Part shown: one piece after another, positions 26,751-40,425 of the stretch
Position numbering within the stretch: the first letter of the stretch is position 1
Layout: every line of letters begins with the position of its first letter
Source of the DNA: Octopus sinensis
Taxonomy: Eukaryota
Direction: 5' to 3'
NCBI RefSeq assembly: GCF_006345805.1
Contig: NC_043009.1
Location: 4,092,001 to 4,156,000, forward strand
DNA length: 64,000 nt
Position numbers and translations under genes: made by a program
Notes under the pieces: generated by a model
Database searches by the model: none
What the model was told of the DNA's origin: nothing
What the model saw: only the letters and a program-made list of their open reading frames with translations

Positions 26751-27944
26751 CAAAAGGAAAGTGCTTCGAAAGGAAAAAAATATCTATTTTATCTTTTGAT
26801 TGCTGCTGTCATCATCATCATCATCAACACCACTATCATAGTCATCATTACCATCTATTTTTTTTTTTGTATTTATTCAAATATACTACAGCTACTATTA
26901 CTGCTGCTGCTGCTGCTGCTGCGCTGCTGCTCCAGTTGCTGCTGCTGCTGGTTTTTCGGCTGCTGCTGCCGCTGCTGCCACTGCCGGTGCTGTCATCACT
27001 AGCATCACAAAACGAAACGAGGAAACTAGTCGACGGAAGTATCAGGAAGCGACGCCGACTAGGGGAACTTGCTAGAAATAGCTGATAAACGTCCCTCAAA
27101 TCGCAACCCTACTGCATTAAATAAAAGAAGCACATGAGATAAAGTAGTCCTATATTGCTCTAAGAATGGTGAGAATGTCACGGCTGGAAGGCCTTTCATG
27201 ATAGCTGTGCACAATTAGACCCACCACCGCCACCACCACCTGATGATGATAAACAACATCAGCTACAACTCTTCAACACTCCAGCGCCACAACTCTCCTC
27301 TCACTTATGTCCCCTTAGAAGGGCGGCAGCGGCACCTACTACTACTACTACCACTACTATCACACCACCGCCTTGACCGTTGGATGTTGAGCACGCGCGC
27401 GTGTGTGGAAGGTTTGAGTGTCACAAAATTTTGAAATCTCTATGCTTATCCTGCCATAGATTTCTACCGAAAACCCTTCTTTCGGATTAGTCTGTTTGTG
27501 AAGCTCTAAGCTGTGTAAAGTCGTATCACCGTTCTCTCTCACTCTCTCTCTCTCTCTCTCTGACGCGCGCACGCACACACACATACACACACACAAAACT
27601 TGATGACTTTTTAGCTTACCCTATGAATTATTTATCTAAATAATTTCGCAAATATAGTCAACAGGTAGGTACTCATATCACTGAGAGTGGTATGACTACC
27701 TGTAATAAAATACATCGTTGCCGACAGAGCCTGCATATGTCCACTTATTGAAAACTGTAGTGTGTGATTTTAGTCGCTTTTGGCTGTTATTTCTAACATC
27801 GCAAAGAGCCGTGTAGAATTCTCTGTTTGTTACCTCATTTCGTTTAACGAGTGTCCACGGTCTAGGCATCTCTTTGTCATATTTAAAACGGTATTGTGTG
27901 GCTATGTTGTGTTCAGCCGTTGTTTCTAACAAGTCGAGAGACCT

Positions 27945-28285
27945 TGTTGGATGTCCCACGTGGCATGGTGGCTTCGGGTCCAGTCCCAAAGCCGGAACTT
28001 TGAGCAATTGTCTTCTATTATAGCCACAAGTCGACCAATGCCTTCTGTGAATGAATTTGATAGAAAATGTGTGGAAGCCATCGCATATATGTGTGTGTAT
28101 GTTGACAATCAGCCTTGGTTTGTTTACGTCCCTGTAATTCAACGGTTCGGCAAAAAAAAAAGAAAGTGATAAAATAAATATCAGACTTAAAAATAAGTTC
28201 TGCGATCGTTTTGATCGACTAAGCCCATCAAAGTGGTGCTCCAAAATGGGCGCCATCCAATGATTGAAACCGGTAAGAGAATAAC
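27945..28285 (+). mobile_element. SINE family B, diverged
   Basis: cttcgggtccagtccca..ctttgagcaattgtcttctattatagcc..gttgacaatc..gtttacgtccctgtaattcaacggttcggcaaaa..ggtgctcc. Confidence 0.8.
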
Positions 28286-29413
28286 TGATTGTTGATATTT
28301 TTTTACATCTAAGTCAACCCTCATATAACAAATAAGGCATTGTTGCAATGTTACCCATTATTAAGTTTATGTGCGTCTGCATATCTTTAAGACTGCAGGT
28401 TTTGAATGGAGGGACACTGAGCTACCATTAGAGTACAGAAACGAATTATAGATTATCACGCTTCTTCTTGTTTAGCTTCTGGCCAATTCTAGTTGAGCAA
28501 ACTTTTGACCACATACATTACAGCCAAATCTGCCCCATCCTTTTCTATATCAGCGAGTACATTTGCACAATATGTCGCTCATTTTGGAAACAACAGGGTT
28601 TGAATTTATGGATTTGTGGCAGCTATTTCTAGCATATTCAGTGACCTGATAAAACGTTTGTTTTTGTTGGTATTTACCTGTATATCAATCGTACCGAGAA
28701 GATAGATCTATGATAAAGAAACACTTCTGTTATGGCCATTCAGTCTTCTAGTATAAGTAAAATAACAACATAACATTAACTCGTGTGTAATTCATTTCTT
28801 TGAGAAGATTAGTTTTTGAGGTTGCTGTTTTAGCAAGACGAGGGGCCATGTGGAAACCCTTTCCACGACTCGATCATATCATGGGTAAAATGAAAGAGCT
28901 GAGAATGTATATGCGCACACCTTTGCCAGTAAGTGTAGTATGTATTGTAATAAATTTACGAGGCAAATCACAAGGGAAATTGAGAATTTATTAAGATTAT
29001 TAATTGTATTTATTTATTGCTAATCCCATTTCCCACTTTTTTCAGTCTTCAAATTACCATCGACATGGGGGTTTTCCTTTCTCTGTTCTGGGACCGATGA
29101 AATATTTTCCAATACGACTTATCGATGTTTATTATCCACTGCTACAAGTAGAAACTCGTAACCGTGTGCCCTTGTTAATATTTCTTTTCAGTTTGCAGAA
29201 TTGCTACAAGGCTGGGAAAGAAAATACTTCGCATATTTATTGAGCTCTTTACATTATGGGATCAAATCCTGCCGATGTCAACTTAGACTTTTTCCCCTTT
29301 CAGCGGGAGCGGGTTATTAGGAGTTGATAAAATAAAGTGTCGATGGTATAAATCCTCTCCCCTCAAAATTTGTTGACATTGTGCCTAAATCCGAAACATT
29401 ATTATTATTATCA

Positions 29414-29617
29414 AGGCGGCAGGATCGTTAGCACGCCGGGCGAAATGTTTAGCGGTATTTCACTGTCGCTACGTTCTGAGTTCAAATTCCGCCGAGGTCG
29501 ATTTTGGCTTACATACTTTCGGGGCCGATAGAATAAGTACCGGTTGAACTGGGGTCGATGTAATCGACTCATTCCCTCCCCTAAAATTTCTGCACTTGTG
29601 GCAAAATTTGAAGCCAT
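29414..29617 (+). mobile_element. SINE family A (A2-like tail)
   Basis: aggcggcaggatcgttagcacgccgggcgaaatg..gttctgagttcaaattccgccgaggtcga..ctggggtcgatgtaatcgact. Confidence 0.9.
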
Positions 29618-29643
29618 TATATTATTATTATTATTATTATTAT

Positions 29644-30157
29644 TGAGTGAGAGAGCAGTGCATGTTATCAAAGTGACACGGGTAAAATATACTAAGCCCA
29701 GTATACCCATCTCAACCATATGTGCACAACATGGTGATCTCATATCAAGATAAACCGTGCATGATCTTGCAGGTGGGGCACAGTTAGAACTTTCTTGAGG
29801 TCGAGTAGCCCATCCCACTCAAAAGGTCCCTCAATAAGGTTTGCTTTAAGGATGATGAACAAAAGACTAATGTTTCCAGAGGTGGATCATTCAAACCCCA
29901 AAGAATTCCTCTCAACACAGGGCTATGATGCTCCCCCACTACTTCGGCTCGTGATCAGAGATGCACATATCGTCAGCCAATAAGGGACATGGTCAACTGG
30001 TTAAGGTCAAACAACTGACAAGCAAATCTGTGGCATTGAGCAGAATATTTGCTGTAGCCCATCTTTTATACCAAGACAAAACAATGTACATGATAACACT
30101 TCCAATTAGTTAAGATCAAAAGCTATGAGGACCACTGCCTGGTATTGTATCAGGGCA
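29644..30157. mobile_element. Unclassified ~514-bp interspersed element, candidate solo LTR
   Basis: TG...CA termini, inserted in (ATT)n, near-TSD attat/tttat, TATAAAA on the minus strand at about 30065-30071. Single copy in the window. Confidence 0.4.
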
Positions 30158-30173
30158 TTTATCATTATTATAT

Positions 30174-30385
30174 AGGCGGTGATCTGGCAGAATTGTTAGC
30201 ATGCCGGACAAAATCCTTAGCAGTATTTCGTCTGTCTTTACGTTCTGAGTTCAAATTCCGTCGAAGTCAACTTTGCCTTTCACCTTTTCGGAGTCAATGA
30301 AATAAGTACCTGTTTCACATGGAGTCGATGTAATTGACTATCCCTCTCCAATAAATTTCAGGCCTTGTGCCCCTAGTAGAAAGGC
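30174..30385 (+). mobile_element. SINE family A (A2 tail)
   Basis: aggcggtgatctggcagaattgttagc..gttctgagttcaaattcc..aatttcaggccttgtgcccctagtagaaagg. Confidence 0.9.
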
Positions 30386-31626
30386 TTATTATAATTATTA
30401 GCTATTGTAGTAGTAGTAGTAGTGTGGGTGACAAGATAATGACCACACAACCCTATGTGGTTATATTCGATTATCTTGTGTATTGAAATCTCAATGAGGT
30501 TACTTTCACTTTCATTTTTCCATCATGAAATGAAATACCAGTTAACTACTATTATCGATTTAATTCATTCTTGTTTATCCTGTCATCACTGATCTATCTA
30601 TATGTAAGATCTATAATATCAAAAGTAATAATGCGCTGATCATCACGCTTCTTCCCTACAAGCTGAGAACTCGAAATCAAAACACATTATCCAATGTATT
30701 CTTTTCTTAGAAAGTATAGTCTAATTTGAGGGATTGTCGATCGTTATTTCTGAAGAGTAGAAAGGCCAGGAAATGTCTGTCTCATAATTCATTCCAATAT
30801 TTTGAGGTGTTGTACCTAGTCACAAGACACGTTTTATATAAACACCTGGCCCTTAAGGAAGCCATTTACTTCTTTCATCTTTTACCCGCCACCAATTATA
30901 GAGGTCCTGCAAGGTTCATACATGTTGCTGTACTCCGTTTGAGTAAAATCTTTTTGAAAAGTGATTCCGCGTTGCAGAAAAAATGCTTACGATCATGAGT
31001 ACTGTTGTTCTTTTTATAAAGTTATCATTATCTGTTGATGAAATTGTTCGTTATAGTCATAACTGTCGGTAGAGGTAGAGAAATAAGCAGATAGTTCAAG
31101 AGGTAAATAGATAATTTGGAAGGGAGGTAGGCAGGGAAAGTGTATAGAGAGAATTGGTGTCCTTCTTAATGCTCTAAGATTCAATATCGATTCCCGAGTG
31201 ATTGAGAATTCATTTCATTCGAAGGTGTAAATATCGTTTCGCCAGGTACAAAATCAGCAAAATTTCGTTGTGCATAAAAGTTAAATTTTGTATTGCGCGT
31301 CCGCGCACATACACATACACATAAAAAACACACACACACACAAGAGAAGACAGTTATGTGTTTAGCGTACGTATATAACGGTAAAGTGTATATATATATA
31401 TATAGTATGCACGTATGTAAACATATATAGCATGTATGTATGTATGTATGTATGTATGTATATGATGTACACACACACACACATATGAAGAAGTTAAATG
31501 GAAGGTTGATAAGTTAGGAAGAAACGGTTTAGAAATACGAACTATCAAATACCTTAGGCCACCCGACTTTAGGTAGACTGCGTTCAAACTTTATAAAAAT
31601 AATGTATCTATCATCACTCCTGGATG

Positions 31627-31689
<63 letters not shown>

Positions 31690-32070
31690 CACGACTGCGG
31701 GTATACAAGAGACAGCTAACAAAGGCACCATCGGAGATGAAAAACAGATAGCTTTGTGCAGAAGCGTTACGACTTATATGCAAAACTTACTCATTGCTAA
31801 CACTCTCTATTTAAATGTTTTCATTAATTGTTCCCTTATATAAGTACAAAATCTGTTCATGTATTGCATTGACTGCTTGGAAATCGGTAAAAGGAGAAAG
31901 AGTTAAGTTCCATTAAATATCTGCAAATTCAGCTGAAAATGAGGAGTAAAACACAGAATATACACGTTCGTGTTGACTTCTCTCCACCTCTTGATTGTTT
32001 ACGCTCTTACACACACACACACGTATGTACGTGTGAAAAGTGGATATGCCTGTATATGTGCGTATAAATG

Positions 32071-32105
<35 letters not shown>

Positions 32106-32112
32106 ATATATA

Positions 32113-32243
32113 CAGGGTGTCCCAAAAAAATGTATACACATAGTGGTTCGGCAAAAGAGAACGATAGAATAAGTACTAGGGTTACAAAGAATAACAAATT
32201 TACAATTATTTAAGGTGTGTATATATTTTTTTGGGACACGCTG
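32113..32243. mobile_element. Tc1/mariner-type MITE containing a SINE-B fragment
   Basis: 28-bp TIRs cagggtgtcccaaaaaaatgtatacaca with 2 mismatches, TA on both sides; interior 32141-32194 matches SINE B. Confidence 0.85.
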
Positions 32244-32650
32244 TATATATATTATATATATATGCGTGTGTCTATAAATTTGTATAGGTGCTTATATACA
32301 TGCGTGAGCGTGTATTATGTATCACGTATGCATGTGTCTATGCGTGATTTTGCGCAAAGATTTAAGTATGTAAGTGCATTATACACATGTTAAACATATA
32401 TGTACACATGTAAGAATTATATATAATATATTACAAAATATATATGTATGTGTGTGTGTGTATATGCGTGTGTGTACAATATAGTGAACAGTAAAAATAT
32501 TACGTAAGAAATGTATGCCTGTGGGTCTATGTATATATATATTATATATATATATATGCACACACGTGCAAATTGTGTGTATCTTTATATATTATACATA
32601 CCTGCTTACCTACACACACATACACACACAAGCACCTGCAAGTTGTGTTA

Positions 32651-32688
<38 letters not shown>

Positions 32689-33229
32689 AGGTTATATCTT
32701 AATTCTTATATATCTATATAAACATACATACAAACACAAACGTATACATACAAGCATTTACGCGCGCTTAGTATGATGGGCGATCCGCGTATAACGAATA
32801 TATATAGACAATTCTTACACATACTTCTCACACACATCATGAACAGCCATCCACACCAACACGCGCGCATACCAAGCTGTACTCTTAGTGTGAATATAGT
32901 AGATACTACGAATGTACTACTGCTTCAACTTCTACTCGAAGCTGCTGCCATAAATGCTAATGTCGCAGCTCCAACTGCAGCAGTACTTTTCTAGTGTCTA
33001 TGCGCGAATGTCAATATATACATATATATATGTGTATATATATATATATATATAAATATATATATATGTGTATGTGTGTTTGGAATTTGCTATAGACATT
33101 CAGTAACGGATTCAATGGAAATGCATTTATTGATAGTAAATTCGAAGTTTCTCACGCATGTGACTTACTTCACTACCTTGAATAAATCATTTTGCTCAGG
33201 AAAACTTCGAAGTCATTGCTAATAAAACA

Positions 33230-33585
33230 TTACTCTCTCTCACTCTCTCTTTGTATATATATATATATATATAATATATATGTATATTCATGTATATATA
33301 TATATATGAATGTATATATATATGCATGTATATATATATATATATATATGCATATATATATATATTTATGTATATGTATGTAGTTTATATACGAATACGT
33401 AAACATACACACACACACACATGTGTGTGTGTGTGTGTGTGTGTGTATTTGTATGTGTCTGTGTATATATATATATCAAATGGATTTCTTATAAAACTAT
33501 TTGCACATACAATTACATACCAACAACCCAACACACCTCCAGCACATATACTCACATATCCACATATCCACGGGCACACGTGTGC

Positions 33586-33675
<90 letters not shown>

Positions 33676-33830
33676 ACACACAACACATATATATATCTAT
33701 ATATATATATATATAATATATATATATATATATAATTATTTGCTCGCACATATATGCAAGCACATATTCTATATATATATATATTATACACACACAAACG
33801 TATTTATACATACATACATACATACATAAT
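33230..33830. repeat. Compound (TA)n/(CA)n/(TG)n/(TC)n microsatellite field
   Basis: Directly visible. Confidence 0.95.
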
Positions 33831-34292
33831 CTAAGAGAAAGGAAATGCATGCAAAGGAATAAACATAAATTGCAACTCTGCACATATACCTATCTACAGC
33901 CAATGAAAATATCTAGCCAGATATGCATCACGTGCAAAATTTTCCGGGTGAGTGACTCTGAAGATCGACTCATATAAAATAGACACATCTCCATTTGGAA
34001 ATAGCCGAGATCAGTCGGGCATGGGCGAAAATAAATGGGTATATATACTAATGCATAGGCTTTCGTGTAGCCAAGCTTGTGCATATCGGGAGAGACAGCT
34101 ATGAAATAGATATCTAACCATTCATATATATATATATATATATATATAACAGCTATACACACACATATGTATATGTACATATATATGTATGTATGTGTAT
34201 AAATATATAAGATTTTACTTGCGTATACTGGATTTCTGTGTATATAATTGTGCAATCTAAATACAAACATCCAACAATATTTGTATGCATTT

Positions 34293-34335
<43 letters not shown>

Positions 34336-35030
34336 CCAAGCACACATACACACACATGCGTACGAAGAGAAATGTAAAGAAAAATTATTAACATCTATAA
34401 TAAAAATGATTATATCTAAGGAAGATGCATACATCACGTAACACGAATACTGACATCTCAAAGGCGAAAGCATGCAACACTTTATATATGGGGTGCACGG
34501 TGACGGAAGAAATTTAACATACACACGCACATATATGCTCGTGTGTGTGCATGCGCACGCGTGGGGGATGTATATATATATATATATATATTAGACAGTA
34601 ATATTTGCATGTGGGAAGTGTAATTTTAAGATAGACAGTTAGATAGATAAACAGACAGTCTATATCATTTTATATTATCAAACTCTGTTTAACTCATACA
34701 TAATTTTATCGATCCATCTACAGAAATCTTTATCTATCCATGTACATATCGATCTTTACACCTAGGTTTTCTTCCATTTCTTTCTCTTTCTATCGTGCGC
34801 ACGCACACACACAACACACACGTTATTTATGTATATATTATCTTCTCTGTCCGTTCTATACCACAGATACTCAGTCGGTCTATTTTCTCGTTTGTATTAC
34901 AACTGAAAAAGAAATTAATTACCAATCAATCTACTCCTCTACTTTTCCATCATTATTTCTTGTGTTAAAAAAAAAAAATTAAAGTTTTCTTAAACTCTCT
35001 CCGTGTCTGTCTATACATGTATGTATATAT

Positions 35031-35262
35031 ATATTTCTTTACTACCCACACGGGGCCAAACATAGAGGGGTCAAGCAAAGACAGACAAACGGATTAAGTC
35101 GATTACATCGATCCCAGTGCGTAACTGGTACTTAATTTATCGACTCCGAAAGGCTGAAAGGCAAAGTCGACCTCGGCGGAATTTGAACTCAGAACGTAAC
35201 GGCAGACGAAATACGGCTACGCATTTCGCCCGGCGTGCTAACGTTTCTGCCAGCTCGCCGCC
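35031..35262 (-). mobile_element. SINE family A (tail A1), full length with TSD
   Basis: Complete reverse copy; 21-bp direct repeat tctatacatgtatgtatatat at 35010-35030 and 35263-35283. Confidence 0.96.
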
Positions 35263-35391
35263 TCTATACATGTATGTATATATTCACACGTAACAGATGA
35301 TTGTTGCAGAAATCATGAGACATAAACTTATAAGGAAGCGAATTGTTCGTTATATCGATTCCGGTACTCGATGCTAACTTTATTTCATTAT

Positions 35392-35793
35392 AGGCGCAGG
35401 AGTGGCTGTGTGGTAAGTAGTTTGCTTACCAGCCACATATTTCCGGGTTCAGTCCCACGGCGTGGCACCTTAGGCAAGTGTCTTCTACTATAGCCTCGGG
35501 CCGACCAAAGCCTTGTGAGTGGATTTGGTAGAAGGAAACTGAAAAGAAGCCCGTCGTATATATGTATATGTATATATGTATGTGTGTGTGTTTGTGTGTA
35601 TCCCTCCAACATAGCTTGACAACCGATGCTGGTATGTTTACGTCCCCGTAACTTAGCTGTTCGGCAAAAAAAACGATAGAATAAGTACTAGGCTTACAAA
35701 GAATAAGTCCTGGGGGTCGATTTGCTCAACTAAAGGTGGTGCTCCAGCATGGCCACAGTCATAATGACTGAAACAAGTAAAAGAATAAAAGAG
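35392..35793 (+). mobile_element. SINE family B (CORE-like), full length
   Basis: aggcgcaggagtggctgtgtggtaagtag (A box)..gggttcagtccc (B box)..gtggcaccttaggcaagtgtcttct (resembles the MIR/CORE tgaccttgggcaagt motif)..(TA)(TG) linker..aaagaataaaagag tail. Confidence 0.95.
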
Positions 35794-36354
35794 TAATATT
35801 GTTTGGTTCGAAACTATAGTTCACTTGAGTGTAGTTCGAACCCTGGACGTAAAATTTCGGAACAAAGCAGCAGAGCGTTTTATTGATCACTCTAACGGCG
35901 TTGCCTAATCACGGCTCTTATGATGTAAAACGAACAATTGACAACGTATAGTGTCTTCTATACTCATTTATATATATATACATATATAAATATACATACA
36001 TTTCTTTGTTATTCTTTGCCAACCTTCGAGCGTATGTATACCCGCACACACACACACACTCACTAACACACACTCTCTCACTCACACATGCACACATTCA
36101 TATATATTTACATATATACATACATGCATACATACAGATAGACAGACAGACAGACATATATACCCGCACACATAAAATGGGTGTTCAATGCTTGTCTTTT
36201 TTTAAGTGTTGACATTAACGCACGCCAACGTCATTTTTAATCAATATGCGTTATAGTGAAGTGTGTAGAGTGTGGTGTGTATATGTGTTTAACAAATTCT
36301 TACTGTTTTCTTTACCTACTTACACACACATTTACCTTCCACACATTTTCGCAT

Positions 36355-36404
36355 ATGTATGCTACACACACACGTGCATATATGTGTATCTATGTATAGT
36401 ATGC

Positions 36405-36453
<49 letters not shown>

Positions 36454-37080
36454 GTATATATATGTATGTATGTATGTATATATATGTATGTATGTATGTA
36501 TGTATATATATGTATGTATGTATATATATGTATGTATGTATATATATGTATGTATGTATATATATGTATGTATGTATATATATGTATGTATGTATATATA
36601 TGTATGTATGTATATATATGTATGTGTGTATATATGTATATATATGTGTATGTATATATATGTATGTGTGTATATATGTATATATATGTATGTGTATATA
36701 TATGTATGTGTGTATATATGTATACGCATGTGTTTATAGATGCATGTATATATATAGATATATATATATGTATGTATAAATATATATGCATATGTGTACA
36801 TATATATATGCAAGTATATGTGTGTATATATATATGGATGTGTGTCTGTATATATATAATATGCATGTATGTGTGTACATATATATGCAAGTATGTGTGT
36901 GTATATATATATATAATGTGCATCTGTGTGTATGTACATATGATATATACATACATAGTTTTGCGATATATTTATCATTCTGTATGTGACTCACTTTCAA
37001 TTACATGTGTATGTGTGTGTGAGTGTATATGTGTGTGCTTGTGTGTGTGTGTGTGCGTGTGTGTATGCATGTGTGTGTAC
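36355..37080. repeat. (TA)/(TATG) microsatellite field with an 18-bp higher-order unit
   Basis: tgtatgtatgtatatata repeated roughly ten times around 36440-36620. Confidence 0.9.
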
Positions 37081-38616
37081 TGGCGTATACCGGCGTATGC
37101 GTCACTATAAATTACTTATGACAAAGGGTATTAATTCTAAGATTTAGTATATTTGATCATATTGATAACGTTAAGTTATTGATATGTATCCATGGGAGTG
37201 GGGGGAGGGCAGACCATAGCGGTCGTTATGCCTCTCAGAAACAAACGCTTTTACTAAATGCACCTGGAGTGACGTAGTTGTTAATTATTTTCAGTCTCTA
37301 AGTTTTAACAGTGTGTACCTCGATTGATTGAATTTATATCAAAGGTTTTCTAACTATGACATGACTTTTTTTTTCGGGAGTAATGTATCTCTGGGTACAT
37401 CATACGATGTTTCGTTGCATTTTAGAAAGATGGTGTAATGTGATATAACTGGTATTTGAATGCTACTTTTGACATGTGGCCACATAGAATATCGTAAATG
37501 ACCTATATATGTTCTCTTGCTAGCTCGCCATATTCGTTACTGTTGCTCTTATTGTTGTTATTGTAGTTTAGCCCCAGGTAAATCCTGATCAAGCAGATCT
37601 GTGATCAAAGACGTTCCAGCTTGTACAATCCAATTTCATTTTCAGAAGTGTAGAGCATCCTGCTTCAGATTAACCTATGTATCTGCTTTCAGCTTTTAAG
37701 GCGTCAAGTTGTGAGGATGAAGATTTGACTCTTATTTCTAGCATACCAAGTAATGTATAAAGAAATACAACAATATCTACTTGGAGCATGCATCTGAGAC
37801 ATACATATCCAACTAAGGAAAGTTCATAGATTTAAAGATTATCAGCCATGAGATTAATGAACGACTTTGGCGAATTTCTTGACTAGCACAATGCATTTCT
37901 TTTGTAGTGATGTGTTTTTAGAAGATACTTAAACCAAATCTGAAAGAGAGATAAACAGAGTAAACTACCCTAGTATTTGACTGGTACATTTTTATTCACC
38001 TCCAAAGCAAAGGATGATTTTGCCGTGGTTTGAACCGTCCAAGAATTTGGACCTGGAGATCTCAATTTCCAGCGATTTCGGGGACCACCTTCCAGTGGTT
38101 TCGGGCGTCAACGAAGAGCCTTCGACTACAACAAGACGACCAAAGTTTTTTTTTCCAAGGTCTGGGGTCTCCCGCCCCTAAGCCATCACCTAACCAACCT
38201 TACCCGTCTTGTTGCTTAACAACAACAACAACAACAGACGTGGTTTAAACTTAGATGGCAGCAATAAACGCCTCTTGGAATTCTCTCCGTTGCTGAGACG
38301 CTTCTTTTTCTTTGGTAATGTTATTGTTTTATAATAAGCTCCGATTTGCAACGAGTTCTATATTTCTCAGTGGAAGATAAGATACTTATATGCAGTGTTG
38401 TTGTTTAGCTCAAATTCTTGTCACTAAAGGTATTACAAATGAGTAAGTTAAGAAGCCTTAGTGATATCTCTTCCGGATCTTTACGTTTTGAGTTCAAATA
38501 CTACCACGGTCTACTTTGAGTTTCATCCTTTCGAGGTCAATAACATAAATAACCTGTTCAGAATGGCATTGATATAATCTTCCCTCCCTTAAAATTGCTG
38601 GCTTTGTGCCAAAATA

Positions 38617-38788
38617 CTTAGCGGTCCTTCACTCGTCGCTACGTTTTGAGTTCACATTCCACCGTTGTCGACGTTGCTTTTCACCCTTTCGGGGTCGATA
38701 AATTAAGTACCAGTGAAACACTAGGTCCAATGCAATCAACTGGTTCCTTCCCCGCCAAATTTCAGGCCTTGCGCCTTATGTAGAAATT
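38617..38788 (+). mobile_element. SINE family A (A2 tail), 5' truncated, followed by long (ATT)n
   Basis: ctacgttttgagttcacattcc..ctttcggggtcgataaattaagtaccag..ccaaatttcaggccttgcgccttatgtagaa; (ATT)n extends to about 39070. Confidence 0.88.
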
Positions 38789-39036
38789 ATTATTATTATT
38801 ATTATTTATTATTATTATTATCATTATATTATTATTATTATTATTATTATTATTATGTTTGACTTTTGCTTTGCATTTGTACAAGTTGATTCCAAGTCTC
38901 ACCCAGGGACATCAAGAGACAATAGGTTGGAAGTTTATGTTGCTGTTATGTCTAGGGTGTCATATATTTGGTTTTGTACATAGTGCTGTTCTATTATTAT
39001 TATTATTATTATTATTAATATTATTATTATTATTAA

Positions 39037-39071
<35 letters not shown>

Positions 39072-39208
39072 GGGAATATTCACTAAATGTGTACTCCAGC
39101 ACGTATCGGGTACACGTTTTCTCCTATTCGCTTTAATCAACGTGTTAAACATACATGTAGAAAATTTATTTGGGTATCTTAAGGTCTGTGTGTCTGCATC
39201 AACGTTTA

Positions 39209-39239
<31 letters not shown>

Positions 39240-39811
39240 CGCACACACACACACACACATATTGTGTAGAAAACAACGTACAAATTTATCGAACTACATA
39301 TCAAAGTTGCCAGTTTTCCTCTGTAGCATGACCATATTTGGACAGCTGAGTAGTGCAAAGCTGTACAGCTTGATGGATTATACTGTGTCTGAGTTTATAT
39401 GCGTGGTTCAATGCCTGCTGGTGCGTTAATGCGCGTGTGAACATGTTTGTGTGTGATTGCATGTGAGTGCGTGCTGTATCGGCTCTGCTCGTTGCCACTC
39501 TTGTACTGCAACAGCTATGCATGTCTTACAAGCCACCTTGTCTTCAGCTGAACTTCCTTTCATAATGCCACGGTATTATGCGTATGCTTATGCGCGTTCA
39601 TGTACGAGCATGTACATGTGTGAGTGTGTAGGTGTCTTTGTACAAAAGTTAATGTGGGTGTATGTATGCCAGTGTGTGTATATATATTATATATATATAT
39701 ATACACACACGTGCACTCACACACGCATATTTGTGTGTTTGTGTATGTAGAAAATATATATGAGAGAGAGAGAGAGAGAACAAGAGATAAGATACAGAGT
39801 GAATTAGAAAG

Positions 39812-39915
39812 AAAAGAAGAAGAAGAAGAAGAGGAAGAAGAAAGCGAAGAAGAAGAAAGCGAAGAAGAAGAAGAAGAAAACGAAGGAGAAGAAGAAGAGG
39901 AGGAGGAGCAAAAAT
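39812..39915. repeat. (GAA)n/(GAG)n purine repeat
   Basis: Directly visible. Confidence 0.9.
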
Positions 39916-40378
39916 GAGAATGATGAAAAATGGCGGAAAAATATCGAAGACGAAGAGAAATAAAATCAGAAAAGTTGTGGATATTTTCTATGTAGGCAAA
40001 CATCTTAGACAGAATGAATCGGATCAAATTGTATAGAATGAAATTTAGATCAGGGAATAATACGAAGATAATTTCAGTATGATCTCATCTTGATTCACCA
40101 TCCAACACTTGTATGGACCACCAAGTCGGCTTGTTTTTTGTCGGAGGGAGGGTTTAGTAAATAAACGCCATTGTAAAATAGTTATAGGAAGAGAGAGGAC
40201 GAGAGAAAAAAAGAACGAGAGAACGGTATGGTGGTGGTGGTTGAGTATTTTTTTTTTATCAAACTTTCTGTTTCTCAGTATATATATACACACACACACA
40301 TACATACGCTGGTTGATATGTATGACTCTTCGCCATTTCTGACTGGTTATTACTCACTCTCCCTCTCTTTCACTTTCC

Positions 40379-40425
<47 letters not shown>

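Noticed and set aside
33900-33947. CITCKIFR resembling the DHHC palmitoyltransferase motif CxTCKIFRPPR
   Set aside because: Only an 8-residue match; no PPRxxHC or DHHC exon was found elsewhere in the window, so no gene call is made.
39624-39917. Glu-rich ORF
   Set aside because: Explained by a (GA)n plus (GAA)n tract, with no supporting splice or domain context.
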